Positions 9,858 through 20,969 of a DNA stretch of 64,000 bases are shown one piece after another (the first letter of the stretch is position 1; each line of letters opens with the position of its first letter). A program made the position numbers and the translations under genes. Location: positions 256,001-320,000 of the forward strand of contig CAVSTP010000003.1 in the NCBI GenBank assembly GCA_963730935.1, written 5' to 3'. Origin of the DNA: an uncultured Nitrospiraceae bacterium (GTDB lineage Bacteria; Nitrospirota; Nitrospiria; Nitrospirales; Nitrospiraceae). Under the pieces are notes generated by a model, which did not search any database, had not been told where the DNA came from, and saw only the letters and a program-made list of their open reading frames with translations.

Positions 9858-10658
9858 TCATTCGTTCTTGAGCTTTTTCTTGATCAAGTCTGCTCCATAC
9901 CGACCTGACAACAGCATGGACCCGAAGGCCGGCCCCATACGCGGCGTCCCATACACAGCGGCAACGGCCAAGCCGATCACGAAACAATTGGGATACACCT
10001 CGCCGGTATGATCCATGACATCTTGTTCAGAGCGGGAGACCCACATGGCGCCGTTGCCCGGCACTTCGGTGTACAGGTTCCGCCGGTGGAGCAGGTTCAC
10101 GACGACCGCGTCGTGCCCTGTCGCATCGACCACGATCTTGCTCTCGAGCGCAATCGGATCCACGTGAATGATATCGTGGCCGGCCATCTCGGCGGTTGTA
10201 TTGTTGACGACAACGCCTTCGAGGACTCCTTCACGGCGGACGATCAGATCGACAACCCGCGTCAAATTGAGCACTCTCGCACCGGCCGAGTAGGCGGCGG
10301 CGATGAGCGCGCCGGTGGCATGGGGCGGATCGACGATATACATGCCCTCGCAGTCTTTGACTTTCTTGCAAGGCACGCCGATTTCTTCGAGAATTTTATG
10401 GGCCGGGGCGCAAATGGTGGCCTTATTCATGAGATAGCCGCCATGCCAGAAGCCGCCGCCGAGGGCGAGGCTTTGCTCAACGATCACGGTGCGGAAGCCC
10501 ATGTCGGCCAAGTCCCGGGCGCAAATGAGGCCTGAGGGACCGGCGCCCACGATGATTACGTCGCTTTCGATCAGCTGATCGAATTCCTTATAGTATTCGC
10601 GCGCAATCTGCCTGGTGATATCGCGCTCGCGCAAGGGGGCAGGTTTTGGTTTTCCCAT
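9858..10658 (-). CDS. thi4: Thiazole synthase Thi4, non-Cys (sulfide-dependent) type
   Basis: ESDVIIVGAGPSGL, GGGFWHGG, HVDP, VVDATGHDA, PRMGPAFGSMLLSG; directly downstream of thiC. Confidence 0.92.
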   Translation of the reverse strand: MGKPKPAPLRERDITRQIAREYYKEFDQLIESDVIIVGAGPSGLICARDLADMGFRTVIVEQSLALGGGFWHGGYLMNKATICAPAHKILEEIGVPCKKVKDCEGMYIVDPPHATGALIAAAYSAGARVLNLTRVVDLIVRREGVLEGVVVNNTTAEMAGHDIIHVDPIALESKIVVDATGHDAVVVNLLHRRNLYTEVPGNGAMWVSRSEQDVMDHTGEVYPNCFVIGLAVAAVYGTPRMGPAFGSMLLSGRYGADLIKKKLKNE

Positions 10659-10719
10659 GAGAATCACTCCTCAGCGGATGCTCGAACACACGGCTTTCCG
10701 CATCTGCCTGACATCCCGG

Positions 10720-12690
<1,971 letters not shown>

Positions 12691-12702
12691 TCAACGGTTA
12701 AT

Positions 12703-12790
12703 CCGCTTCCCTACGCTGGTATTACCCAGGTCAGGTTCCAAGGGTCATCCGATTGCTCGGATTCTCAGCCTTGTGGCGCCCCTAGCTCTG
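12703..12790 (-). ncRNA. TPP riboswitch
   Basis: Minus strand GGGGCG...GCTGAGA...ACCCTTGGAACCTGACCTGGGTAATACCAGCGTAGGGAAG matches TPP aptamer consensus; upstream of thiC. Confidence 0.95.
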
Positions 12791-12797
12791 GAACTCG

Positions 12798-12826
12798 ATG
12801 GTATCGCCCGCTTCCCATGAAGTCAA
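12798..12826 (-). promoter_or_regulatory. Sigma70-type promoter of the thiC leader
   Basis: TTGACT-17 nt-TACCAT immediately before the aptamer. Confidence 0.65.
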
Positions 12827-12961
12827 CGGGTCAATAGGCCTAGGGCCACATGGCACCGAATGGTCCAAGGCAAGAGGTCTTCTGCGCGGGCGCCGTTTCA
12901 TTGATTGGTCAAGGATGCGTGTCGTACAATGCAGTTCTACAGAGTAAACCTGAGGCGCCTT

Positions 12962-14065
12962 GTGAACAGCGTTTCGACACTGCCAAGACCCATCACTGAC
13001 TATCAGTCGATATCGCCTGAGGAACTGTTCCGCCGCATTGCCGACGCCAAACGGGCGCTGGGCAAGCAAGTGATGGTGCTAGGGCATAACTATCAACGGG
13101 ATGAAGTCATCGACCATGCGGACTTCCGCGGCGATTCGCTGCTGCTTTCGAAGCTGGCGGCCGAACGGTCCGAGCGGCCCTATGTCGTGTTCTGCGGGGT
13201 TCACTTCATGGCCGAAACTGCCGATATCCTGAGCCGAAGCAACCAGACGGTCATTCTGCCCGACATGGCGGCCGGCTGCTCGATGGCAGACATGGCGGCG
13301 ATCGAGCAAGTCGACCAGTGTTGGGAGACGCTCGGCCGCGTTGTGCCGGTCGAAGAGACAGTGATGCCGGCGGTCTACGTGAATTCGGCGGCCGTGCTCA
13401 AGGCGTTCTGCGGCGAGCACGGAGGCATTACCTGTACTTCGTCCAATGCCAAAGCCGTCATCGAATGGTGCTGGGCCAGGCGCGAGAAAATTCTCTTTTT
13501 CCCTGACGAACACCTCGGCCGCAATACCGCCAACAAGATGGGCCTTCCGCGTGAACAGATGATCGTCTGGGATCCGTTTCAGCCGAATGGCGGCAATACC
13601 CGGGACGCGATCCTGCGAGCGAAGCTCATTCTGTGGAAAGGTCATTGCAGCGTCCATCAAATGTTTCAGCCGGTCCATGTCGATCATTTCCGCAAGCAGT
13701 ATCCGGCTGGCAAGGTCATTGTGCATCCGGAATGTCATGAGGATGTCGTGAACCGGGCGGATCTGGCGGGGTCTACGGAACTCATCATCAAGACCGTCAC
13801 GGCTGCACCGGCCGGCTCCGTATGGGCGGTAGGGACTGAGCTCAATCTGGTCAATCGCTTGAAGCGCGACCTGACGGACAAAAAAGTCTTCTTCCTCTCG
13901 TCGACGGTGTGCCAGTGCGCGACCATGTTTCGGATCGACGCCGCACACCTCTGCTGGGCGATGGAGAATCTCGCAGACGGTCAGGTGGTGAACCACATCG
14001 TCGTGCCGGACGATGACAAGTACTGGGCGAAGATTGCCTTGGATCGAATGATGTCGGTGAGCTAA
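12962..14065 (+). CDS. nadA: Quinolinate synthase
   Basis: LGHNYQR, FCGVHFMAET, AGCSMADMA, KGHCSVH, VHPEC, CQCATM; GTG 12962 chosen as start. Confidence 0.95.
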   Translation: MNSVSTLPRPITDYQSISPEELFRRIADAKRALGKQVMVLGHNYQRDEVIDHADFRGDSLLLSKLAAERSERPYVVFCGVHFMAETADILSRSNQTVILPDMAAGCSMADMAAIEQVDQCWETLGRVVPVEETVMPAVYVNSAAVLKAFCGEHGGITCTSSNAKAVIEWCWARREKILFFPDEHLGRNTANKMGLPREQMIVWDPFQPNGGNTRDAILRAKLILWKGHCSVHQMFQPVHVDHFRKQYPAGKVIVHPECHEDVVNRADLAGSTELIIKTVTAAPAGSVWAVGTELNLVNRLKRDLTDKKVFFLSSTVCQCATMFRIDAAHLCWAMENLADGQVVNHIVVPDDDKYWAKIALDRMMSVS

Positions 14066-14178
14066 CGGGATCGTGAAAAACGGCCTCCAGCTTCGTTCTC
14101 GCTTCTCTCAAACCCTCAACGTACATCAGACCACCGTACGCCTCGGGTTCTCGCTCGCTGTCGTTTTTGACGATCCCG
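14066..14178 (+). repeat. Intergenic palindromic repeat (MITE-like or structured RNA element)
   Basis: Ends CGGGATCGTGAAAAACG / CGTTTTTGACGATCCCG (16/17 complementary); shares CCTCCAGCTTCGTTCTCGC with the 40928 copy. Confidence 0.75.
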
Positions 14179-14258
14179 CATGAAGACCTAGGGCTAGTAC
14201 CTCGCTACCCAATCCGGTATATTCGCTCCCTAATTCAGTTGGTGATCCGAGCCGATTC

Positions 14259-17078
14259 ATGGACTATAAGTCGACGCTGAATCTCCCCAAAACCGACTTC
14301 CCGATGAAGGCCAATCTGCCGCAGCGGGAACCGGAGCTGCTCGCCTGGTGGGACCAGGTCCGGCTCTATGTGCGCATTCAAGAGGCAGGCAAGGGACGAC
14401 CGCGCTACCTGCTGCACGACGGCCCGCCCTATGCCAACGGGCGCATCCACATCGGTCATGCCCTCAATAAGATTCTGAAAGACATCATCGTGAAGTCGAA
14501 AACGATGGCCGGGTTTCATGCTCCCTACGTGCCAGGGTGGGACTGTCATGGATTGCCGATCGAGCATCAGGTGTTGAAAGATTTGGGTGAGAAGAAGCAT
14601 TCCCTTGATGCCATGGCCATCCGGAAACTCTGTCGCCAGTATGCCGACAAGTTCCACAACATCCAGCGTGAAGAGTTTCAGCGATTGGGTGTGCTCGGCG
14701 ACTGGGAGAATCCGTACCTGACGATGCATCCTGCCTATGAGGCGACGATTGTGCGTGAGTTTGGAAAATTCGTCGAACGCGGGGGAGTCTACAAAGGACT
14801 GAAACCGGTCCTTTGGTGCACCCAGGATCAGACGGCACTGGCGGAGGCGGAAGTCGAGTACGAAGACCACGTCTCGCCGTCGATCTACGTGAAGTTCCCT
14901 GTGGCGGGCGGTTCGACTGCAGTCGCTGCGAAGTTCCCCACGGTGAACCTTCCTCCCGATGTCACATCAGTCTCGGTTGTCATCTGGACGACGACGCCGT
15001 GGACGTTGCCGGCCAACCAGGCCGTCTGTCTGCACCCTGACATCGACTATGCCTTCGTCCGAACCGGCTCTGAGGTGCTCATCATCGCGGAGAAACTGCT
15101 GGATGCCGTGGCGAAGGCTTGTAAGCTCGAAGAGTACCATGTCGTCGCCGTAAAAAAGGGCGGCGAAGGATTCGAAGGATTGGAGACCCAGCGGCCGCTG
15201 ACCACCGGCCTTTCACCAGTGCTTCTCGGGGATTTCGTCACGCTGGAGCAAGGTACAGGCTGCGTCCATATCGCACCCGGGCACGGCATGGAGGACTACC
15301 TGCTCGTCTTGGACCACAACGCGAAAGCATCACCGGGGGAACGGCTCGAGATTCTGGCGCCGGTCGATGATGCGGGCCGGTTTACGGATGCGGTTCCGGA
15401 ATTTGCCGGTCAGCATGTCTTCAAAGCCAACCAGGCGATCGTCGACGTGCTCCGATCGAAAGGCCGTCTCCTGGGCCATGGCTCCTTGGCCCATTCCTAT
15501 CCCCACTGCTGGCGCTGCAAGACTGCCGTAATCTTCCGGGCGACGGAGCAGTGGTTCGTCTCGATGGACATCAACGACCTGCGCAAGCACGCCTTGGCGG
15601 AGATCGATCGGGTCAGATGGATTCCGCCCTGGGGAAAGGATCGGATCAACGGGATGATCGCCAATCGTCCCGACTGGTGTCTCTCGCGGCAACGGGTGTG
15701 GGGCGTGCCGATTCCCGGTTTTACGTGTAGCGCTTGCCGCCAGGTGCTGGCTGATCTGGTGGTGATCGAGCATGTTGCCTCGATCATGGATCAGAAGGGA
15801 GCCGATGTCTGGTTCACACAGCCGGCGGCGGCGTTGTTGCCGCCGGGAACCTCTTGTGCCCAGTGCGGCGGCACCGATTTCGAAAAAGAGCGGGACATCC
15901 TGGACGTCTGGTTCGAATCAGGCGTCAGTTACGCGGCAGTGCTCAAGCCCTGCAAATGGTGGCCGGCTGATCTCTACCTTGAAGGCTCGGATCAGCATCG
16001 AGGATGGTTTCACAGCGCCTTGTTATCCGGTGTCGTAACTGATCGCCGGGCTCCTTACGAGGCGGTGCTGACTCATGGGTTCGTGCTGGATGGGCAGGGT
16101 AAGAAAATGTCCAAGTCGGCCGGCAACGTTGTGGCGCCGCAAGACGTCATCAAGCAATCAGGCGCGGAGATCCTTCGTCTCTGGGTCTCAGCGCAGGACT
16201 ACCGGGATGATGTGCGCATCTCACCGGAGATCCTCAACCATCTCATCGAAGCCTACCGGAAAATCCGCAACACCTGCCGGTTTGTGCTCAGCAATCTCTA
16301 TGATTTCGATCCCGCGCGGCACGGCGTCCCCTATGCGCAACTGCCCGAGCTCGATCGCTGGGCGCTCATGCGGCTGGAGGATCTGAAAACGAGAGTGCGC
16401 CGCGCCTATGAGGAGTTCGAGTTTCACGCGATTTATCATGCGCTGAATAATTTCTGCTCTGTCGATATGAGCGCGGTCTACCTCGACATCCTCAAGGATC
16501 GGCTCTATACCTTCCGCGCCGACTCTCCGGCACGTCGAGGGTCGCAAACCGTCCTGTACGAGATCATTCTAAGCATGACCAAGCTCATGGCGCCAATCTT
16601 GAGCTTCACGGCCGACGAGATCTGGCGGTCGCTTTCCGGTCAGTTTGGCGCTTCACCGGAGGCCGAGAGCGTGCATATGACGATATTTCCTGAGGCCAAG
16701 CAGGAGTGGCAGGATCCGGGGCTGATGAAGAGATGGGATCGGCTCCTGGAGGTTCGCACAGCGGTGCAAGCCGCTCTCGAAGAGCAGCGCCGCAATAAGG
16801 TGATCGGATCTTCCCTCGAAGCCGTCGTCGAGATACAGGCCAATCCGGACACGTACGGATTTCTCAAACCCTATGAGAGTGACTTGTCCGCCTTGTTCAT
16901 CGTGTCAGGAGCGAAACTCAAAGAGGTCCATCATCTGACTGAGAAGCCTGATGTTCTGGTGACCGTGTCGAAGGCAACGGCGAAGAAGTGCGAGCGTTGT
17001 TGGAACTATCGCGAGGCGGTCGGGACCAATGCGGCACATCCGACGCTCTGCGACCGTTGCGTGGAGGCGCTGCAGTGA
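14259..17078 (+). CDS. ileS: Isoleucyl-tRNA synthetase
   Basis: PPYANGRIHIGH, GWDCHGLPIE, WTTTPWT, EGSDQHRGWF, KMSKS, C-terminal Zn finger CERCW...CDRC. Confidence 0.98.
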   Translation: MDYKSTLNLPKTDFPMKANLPQREPELLAWWDQVRLYVRIQEAGKGRPRYLLHDGPPYANGRIHIGHALNKILKDIIVKSKTMAGFHAPYVPGWDCHGLPIEHQVLKDLGEKKHSLDAMAIRKLCRQYADKFHNIQREEFQRLGVLGDWENPYLTMHPAYEATIVREFGKFVERGGVYKGLKPVLWCTQDQTALAEAEVEYEDHVSPSIYVKFPVAGGSTAVAAKFPTVNLPPDVTSVSVVIWTTTPWTLPANQAVCLHPDIDYAFVRTGSEVLIIAEKLLDAVAKACKLEEYHVVAVKKGGEGFEGLETQRPLTTGLSPVLLGDFVTLEQGTGCVHIAPGHGMEDYLLVLDHNAKASPGERLEILAPVDDAGRFTDAVPEFAGQHVFKANQAIVDVLRSKGRLLGHGSLAHSYPHCWRCKTAVIFRATEQWFVSMDINDLRKHALAEIDRVRWIPPWGKDRINGMIANRPDWCLSRQRVWGVPIPGFTCSACRQVLADLVVIEHVASIMDQKGADVWFTQPAAALLPPGTSCAQCGGTDFEKERDILDVWFESGVSYAAVLKPCKWWPADLYLEGSDQHRGWFHSALLSGVVTDRRAPYEAVLTHGFVLDGQGKKMSKSAGNVVAPQDVIKQSGAEILRLWVSAQDYRDDVRISPEILNHLIEAYRKIRNTCRFVLSNLYDFDPARHGVPYAQLPELDRWALMRLEDLKTRVRRAYEEFEFHAIYHALNNFCSVDMSAVYLDILKDRLYTFRADSPARRGSQTVLYEIILSMTKLMAPILSFTADEIWRSLSGQFGASPEAESVHMTIFPEAKQEWQDPGLMKRWDRLLEVRTAVQAALEEQRRNKVIGSSLEAVVEIQANPDTYGFLKPYESDLSALFIVSGAKLKEVHHLTEKPDVLVTVSKATAKKCERCWNYREAVGTNAAHPTLCDRCVEALQ

Positions 17079-17602
17079 AGAGAGGCTCCCGTTATCTGCT
17101 TCTGGCGCTGATCGCTGTCACCGTGATCATCCTCGATCAAGCCACGAAATACTGGGTCACGCAGTCGATGCGACTGCATGAGTCGATTCCCATCATCCCG
17201 AATCTTTTTAGCTTCACCTACATCCGCAATCCCGGCGCGGCATTCGGCCTGTTGGCGGGCAGCAGCAATGCGTTTCGGACGGTGTTTTTCGGCGTCACGT
17301 CCCTGTTCGCCTTGGCGCTCCTGGGTACGATTTTGGTGCGATTGCCCGAAAGGGATTGGATTGGGCAAGTCAGCATCGCCGGAATCCTCGGTGGAGCAAT
17401 CGGAAATCTGATCGACCGTCTGCGGTTCGGAGAAGTGATCGATTTTCTGGATGTCTATCTGGAGTCCTACCACTGGCCGGCGTTCAACGTGGCCGACTCG
17501 GCGATCAGCGTCGGGGTCGTCTGCTTGATCATCCACTTTGCGTTCGAACGGAAAGAGGCGCCGCTTCCCGCGCCGGATACTCCTCCGCCGACAGGCTATT
17601 GA
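17075..17602 (+). CDS. lspA: Lipoprotein signal peptidase II
   Basis: LDQATK, NPGAAFG, GAIGNLIDR, VIDF, WPAFNVADS; GTGA overlap with ileS stop. Confidence 0.96.
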   Translation: MKRGSRYLLLALIAVTVIILDQATKYWVTQSMRLHESIPIIPNLFSFTYIRNPGAAFGLLAGSSNAFRTVFFGVTSLFALALLGTILVRLPERDWIGQVSIAGILGGAIGNLIDRLRFGEVIDFLDVYLESYHWPAFNVADSAISVGVVCLIIHFAFERKEAPLPAPDTPPPTGY

Positions 17603-17629
17603 ACAGGATCCCCGAAGCGAAAGCCTCGC

Positions 17630-18508
17630 CTAGAAGCCGAAGATATACAGCACGACCAGTCCCATGACAATTCGATAGTACGCAAAAGGGCGCAAACTGT
17701 GACGCTTCACGAACGTCAGAAAGGCGGCGATGACGATCCAGGCGATGAGAAAGGACACCAGGAGCCCGATGCCGAGGGCCAGAAAATCCTCGGAGCGAAA
17801 GACGTCGCGGGACTTCCACATTTGGTAACACGTGGCGATGATGAGCGTGGGGAGGGCGAGAAAAAACGAATATTCCGTCGCGACTTTCCGGTCAAGACCG
17901 ACCAGTAACCCGCCGATGATCGTCGACCCCGAACGCGACATGCCAGGGATGAGTGAGGCGCACTGTGCTAGGCCGATGAAGACGGCATCCCGAAGTCCCA
18001 CTTGTTCGAGCTGTTGAACGGTTACCGGCGTACGTCGTGCCTCGACGATAAGAATGATAATGCCGCCGATCACGGAGGTGATGGCCACCGTCTGGGGGCT
18101 GAACAAATGGACTTTGATCCAGCCGTGCGTCGCGAAACCAATCAGGCCGGCGGGGAGGAATGCGGCTCCTAATCCGATCAAAAACCACAGGTGTGGGTGC
18201 AAAGCCATGGAACGGCGCAGCAGGGCGGACCACGATGTGTGGGTCGGACTGTGCAGAAATTTCCTCAAATCCGCCTGTTCACCGACCGCCCGGGAGAGCA
18301 GCGTTTTGATCTTCTCCCGTTCATATGCCACGACGGCGAGGATGGCACCCAGTTGAATGGAGATTTCGGCGTTGGCGGCGACCTCGCCGGTGAATCCCAA
18401 AGCGTGGCCGGCCAAGATCAGGTGGCCGGTGGAAGAGACCGGCAGAAATTCTGTCAGTCCTTCGACGATGCCGAGAATCACCGCAAGGGCCGGGCCCCAT
18501 TCATTCAT
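17630..18508 (-). CDS. uppP: Undecaprenyl-diphosphate phosphatase
   Basis: GIVEGLTEFLPVSSTGHL, IQLGAILAV, PGMSRSGSTI, EYSFFLALP; start ATG 18508. Confidence 0.95.
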   Translation of the reverse strand: MNEWGPALAVILGIVEGLTEFLPVSSTGHLILAGHALGFTGEVAANAEISIQLGAILAVVAYEREKIKTLLSRAVGEQADLRKFLHSPTHTSWSALLRRSMALHPHLWFLIGLGAAFLPAGLIGFATHGWIKVHLFSPQTVAITSVIGGIIILIVEARRTPVTVQQLEQVGLRDAVFIGLAQCASLIPGMSRSGSTIIGGLLVGLDRKVATEYSFFLALPTLIIATCYQMWKSRDVFRSEDFLALGIGLLVSFLIAWIVIAAFLTFVKRHSLRPFAYYRIVMGLVVLYIFGF

Positions 18509-18625
18509 AGGACGTCCATGGTGAGTGAAAGGCGCAGGTGGTGCACGCAGGTCCCTGGCATAATCACAAAGTGCCGGTGATCCGTCAAGGGAGCGACGAA
18601 ACTGTGAACCGGCGGCCGTCCCAAA

Positions 18626-18655
18626 TTGTATTGACAACCGATGTTGTATTGACAA
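18626..18655. promoter_or_regulatory. Two identical 12-mers TTGTATTGACAA, candidate operator/-35 elements
   Basis: Exact copies at 18626-18637 and 18644-18655 in the divergent uppP/lipoprotein gap. Confidence 0.55.
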
Positions 18656-18769
18656 AGGATGGGGCTTGGCATACACAGAAGACGATACTCTGGGCGCACG
18701 GCCAGATGCGTCAATGAGCCGGCGACCGGGCAGTTTTAAGGCTACGTGACGAGGGAAGGGGAGGTTCGC

Positions 18770-19462
18770 ATGAATCCTGTGTGGATGGCGGCACTCATCA
18801 TTGCAGGGACACTGACCATGGCCGGTTGCGTCTCTGACCGGAAGTACCAGGAGGCCCTGGCCGAGACTGAGTCCGCCAAGACGGAATTGGCTACCACGCG
18901 GGCGCAAAAGAGCGCACTCGAACAACAGGTCAAAACGCTCAAAGATCTCAATGTGAAATTCGGCAACGAAGCGCAGGCGGCTCGCGACGAGCTGGACCGC
19001 ATCCAGTATGGCCGCGACAAGGAACGTGGAAGCGCCGAAGGCCGGACCAAGGAGCTTGAAGAGCGGGTGAAGCAGCTCGCGGCCCAGAATCGGTCATTGC
19101 GGCTGGAATATGAAGACACGAAGCGCCACAACGAGACCTTAAAGTCACTGGTCGCGCGCTATCAAAAGGAATTAAAAGACCAGTCCCGTTCTGCCGGCGG
19201 AAGTCTGGCCCCAACCATGCCTCCGCCTCCCGGTGGTTCTGGTGCGCCGGCCCCGTCCGCTGCCGCTCCGGCCGGTGGAATTATGAATGTGAACCGGGCT
19301 TCCTCGAGCGAAATGGTGCTCCTGTTGGGGCTGCCGAAGGACGTGGCAGACCGAATCGTCAGTAATCGCCCCTACAAGGTGAAAGGCGAGCTCGTGGCCA
19401 AGAACGTCGTGCCTAAGGAGACGTTCGACATGATCAAGGATCGGATCAGCGTCAGCCCGTAG
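18770..19462 (+). CDS. Lipoprotein with coiled coil and C-terminal ComEA-like helix-hairpin-helix domain
   Basis: Lipobox MAGC, about 110 aa coiled coil, Pro/Ala linker, MNVNRAS...ADRIVSNRPYK; GGAGG SD. Confidence 0.72.
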   Translation: MNPVWMAALIIAGTLTMAGCVSDRKYQEALAETESAKTELATTRAQKSALEQQVKTLKDLNVKFGNEAQAARDELDRIQYGRDKERGSAEGRTKELEERVKQLAAQNRSLRLEYEDTKRHNETLKSLVARYQKELKDQSRSAGGSLAPTMPPPPGGSGAPAPSAAAPAGGIMNVNRASSSEMVLLLGLPKDVADRIVSNRPYKVKGELVAKNVVPKETFDMIKDRISVSP

Positions 19463-19517
19463 CCGGAAACCCTTGAGGTATTGCTGGACGCTACCCGCTT
19501 TACAATGTGAATTCTGG

Positions 19518-19547
19518 CAGGCCGTCCGCCGAAAGGCGGACGGCCTG
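19518..19547. other. Perfect 13-bp GC hairpin with GAAA loop
   Basis: CAGGCCGTCCGCC-GAAA-GGCGGACGGCCTG; weak U-tract. Confidence 0.6.
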
Positions 19548-19624
19548 TTCCATTTCAACAGCCGGTGCACCGGGATGATTCATCCCGTCCTTCTTGCTAG
19601 AATAGACCGGCTCTGAAGCGACTG

Positions 19625-20902
19625 GTGACTACGCCTATGCGCCGTTTTCTCCTCATCAGCGCCGTCTTGCTCATCGGACTCGCCATCGGCGGGTATGTGT
19701 TTTTTAACGGAGAGCGAAAGGCGCCTGTCCGCTACCGGACTGCGGTCATCGAGCGCGGGTCGGTTGTCTCAGTTGTGACCGCCACCGGTTCGATCAATCC
19801 CGTGGTCTCCGTGCAGGTGGGGACCCAGGTGTCCGGCATGATCAAAAGTTTGCACGCCGATTTCAACTCCATCGTGAAGGCAGGGGACATCGTCGCGGTC
19901 ATCGATCCCGAGCCGTTCCGTGCGCGACGGGACCAGGCGGCCAGCAATCTTGAAATGGCGAAGGCCAATGTGGCGAGGGCCAAGAACGAGCAGGCGCAAC
20001 GCCAGCGCGAACTCAATCGTGCAAAATCTCTCGTGGCGCAGCAATTCGTTTCTCAGAATGACGTCGATATGGCGGTGACCAATGCTCAGGGGGCCGATGC
20101 CCAGGTCAGCGTGTCGATGGCCCAGGTGAAGCAGACCGAAGCGGCCTTGAATGCTGCCGATCTGGATCTCAGGTACACGACGATTCGCTCGCCCGTCAAC
20201 GGCATTGTCGTGGCGAGGAACGTGGAGGTGGGACAAACAGTGGCGGCCAGTTTTGCGACGCCCAACCTCTTCCTCATCGCACTCGACCTCACGAAGATGC
20301 AGGTCGACACCTACGTGAGCGAATCGGACATCGGGGGAATTACAGAGGGCAAAGATGCCTCGTTTACCGTCGACGCCTATCCGGGTGTCCCCTTTGCCGG
20401 GACCATCCGCCAGGTGCGATTGGCTCCGATTGCAGTGCAAAATGTGGTGACCTACAACGTGGTGATCGGGGTAGACAATAAGGACCTACGCTTGAAGCCC
20501 GGCATGACGGCCAACGTTTCCATGGTCGTTGCGCAGCGGGACAACGTACTGAAAGTCCCCAATGCCGCCCTCCGGTTCATGCCGCCGAAATCGGAACTCG
20601 CGTCCCATCCGATGGAGGGCACCCTTGCGAAGGAGGAAGCCGGAGGTCGCTCGCTCCCGGTCGGCGGTCCGCAGGCCCGTCAGATCTGGAAACAAACGGA
20701 CAACGGCGAGCCGTTGTCCGTGAAGGTGCAGACCGGCATTTCCGACGGGACCTACACCGAGATTGTATCGGACGGCGTCGCTGCCGGCGACGAGGTCATC
20801 GTGGGAATCGAGCAGCTTCGTGGAGTGAGAAAGGCCAATGACCTCCCTCCGGGATTTGGCGCTCCCGGCGGACAGCGTCGGTCTCGCGACAGAGGCTTAT
20901 GA
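19625..20902 (+). CDS. MacA-like periplasmic adaptor (membrane fusion protein)
   Basis: N-terminal TM, VQVGTQVSG, TIRSPVNGIV, GQTVAAS, LKPGMTA. Confidence 0.92.
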   Translation: MTTPMRRFLLISAVLLIGLAIGGYVFFNGERKAPVRYRTAVIERGSVVSVVTATGSINPVVSVQVGTQVSGMIKSLHADFNSIVKAGDIVAVIDPEPFRARRDQAASNLEMAKANVARAKNEQAQRQRELNRAKSLVAQQFVSQNDVDMAVTNAQGADAQVSVSMAQVKQTEAALNAADLDLRYTTIRSPVNGIVVARNVEVGQTVAASFATPNLFLIALDLTKMQVDTYVSESDIGGITEGKDASFTVDAYPGVPFAGTIRQVRLAPIAVQNVVTYNVVIGVDNKDLRLKPGMTANVSMVVAQRDNVLKVPNAALRFMPPKSELASHPMEGTLAKEEAGGRSLPVGGPQARQIWKQTDNGEPLSVKVQTGISDGTYTEIVSDGVAAGDEVIVGIEQLRGVRKANDLPPGFGAPGGQRRSRDRGL

Positions 20903-20969
20903 CGGGCCTCCTTCAGCAATTGGGAATTGCGCCCACCTGAGCAGGTTTTTCTCCGCTTGTCGAACTGCT

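Noticed and set aside
18509..18925. 139-aa N-terminal extension of the uppP ORF
   Set aside because: Overlaps the divergent lipoprotein gene and the regulatory repeats; UppP homology begins at ATG 18508
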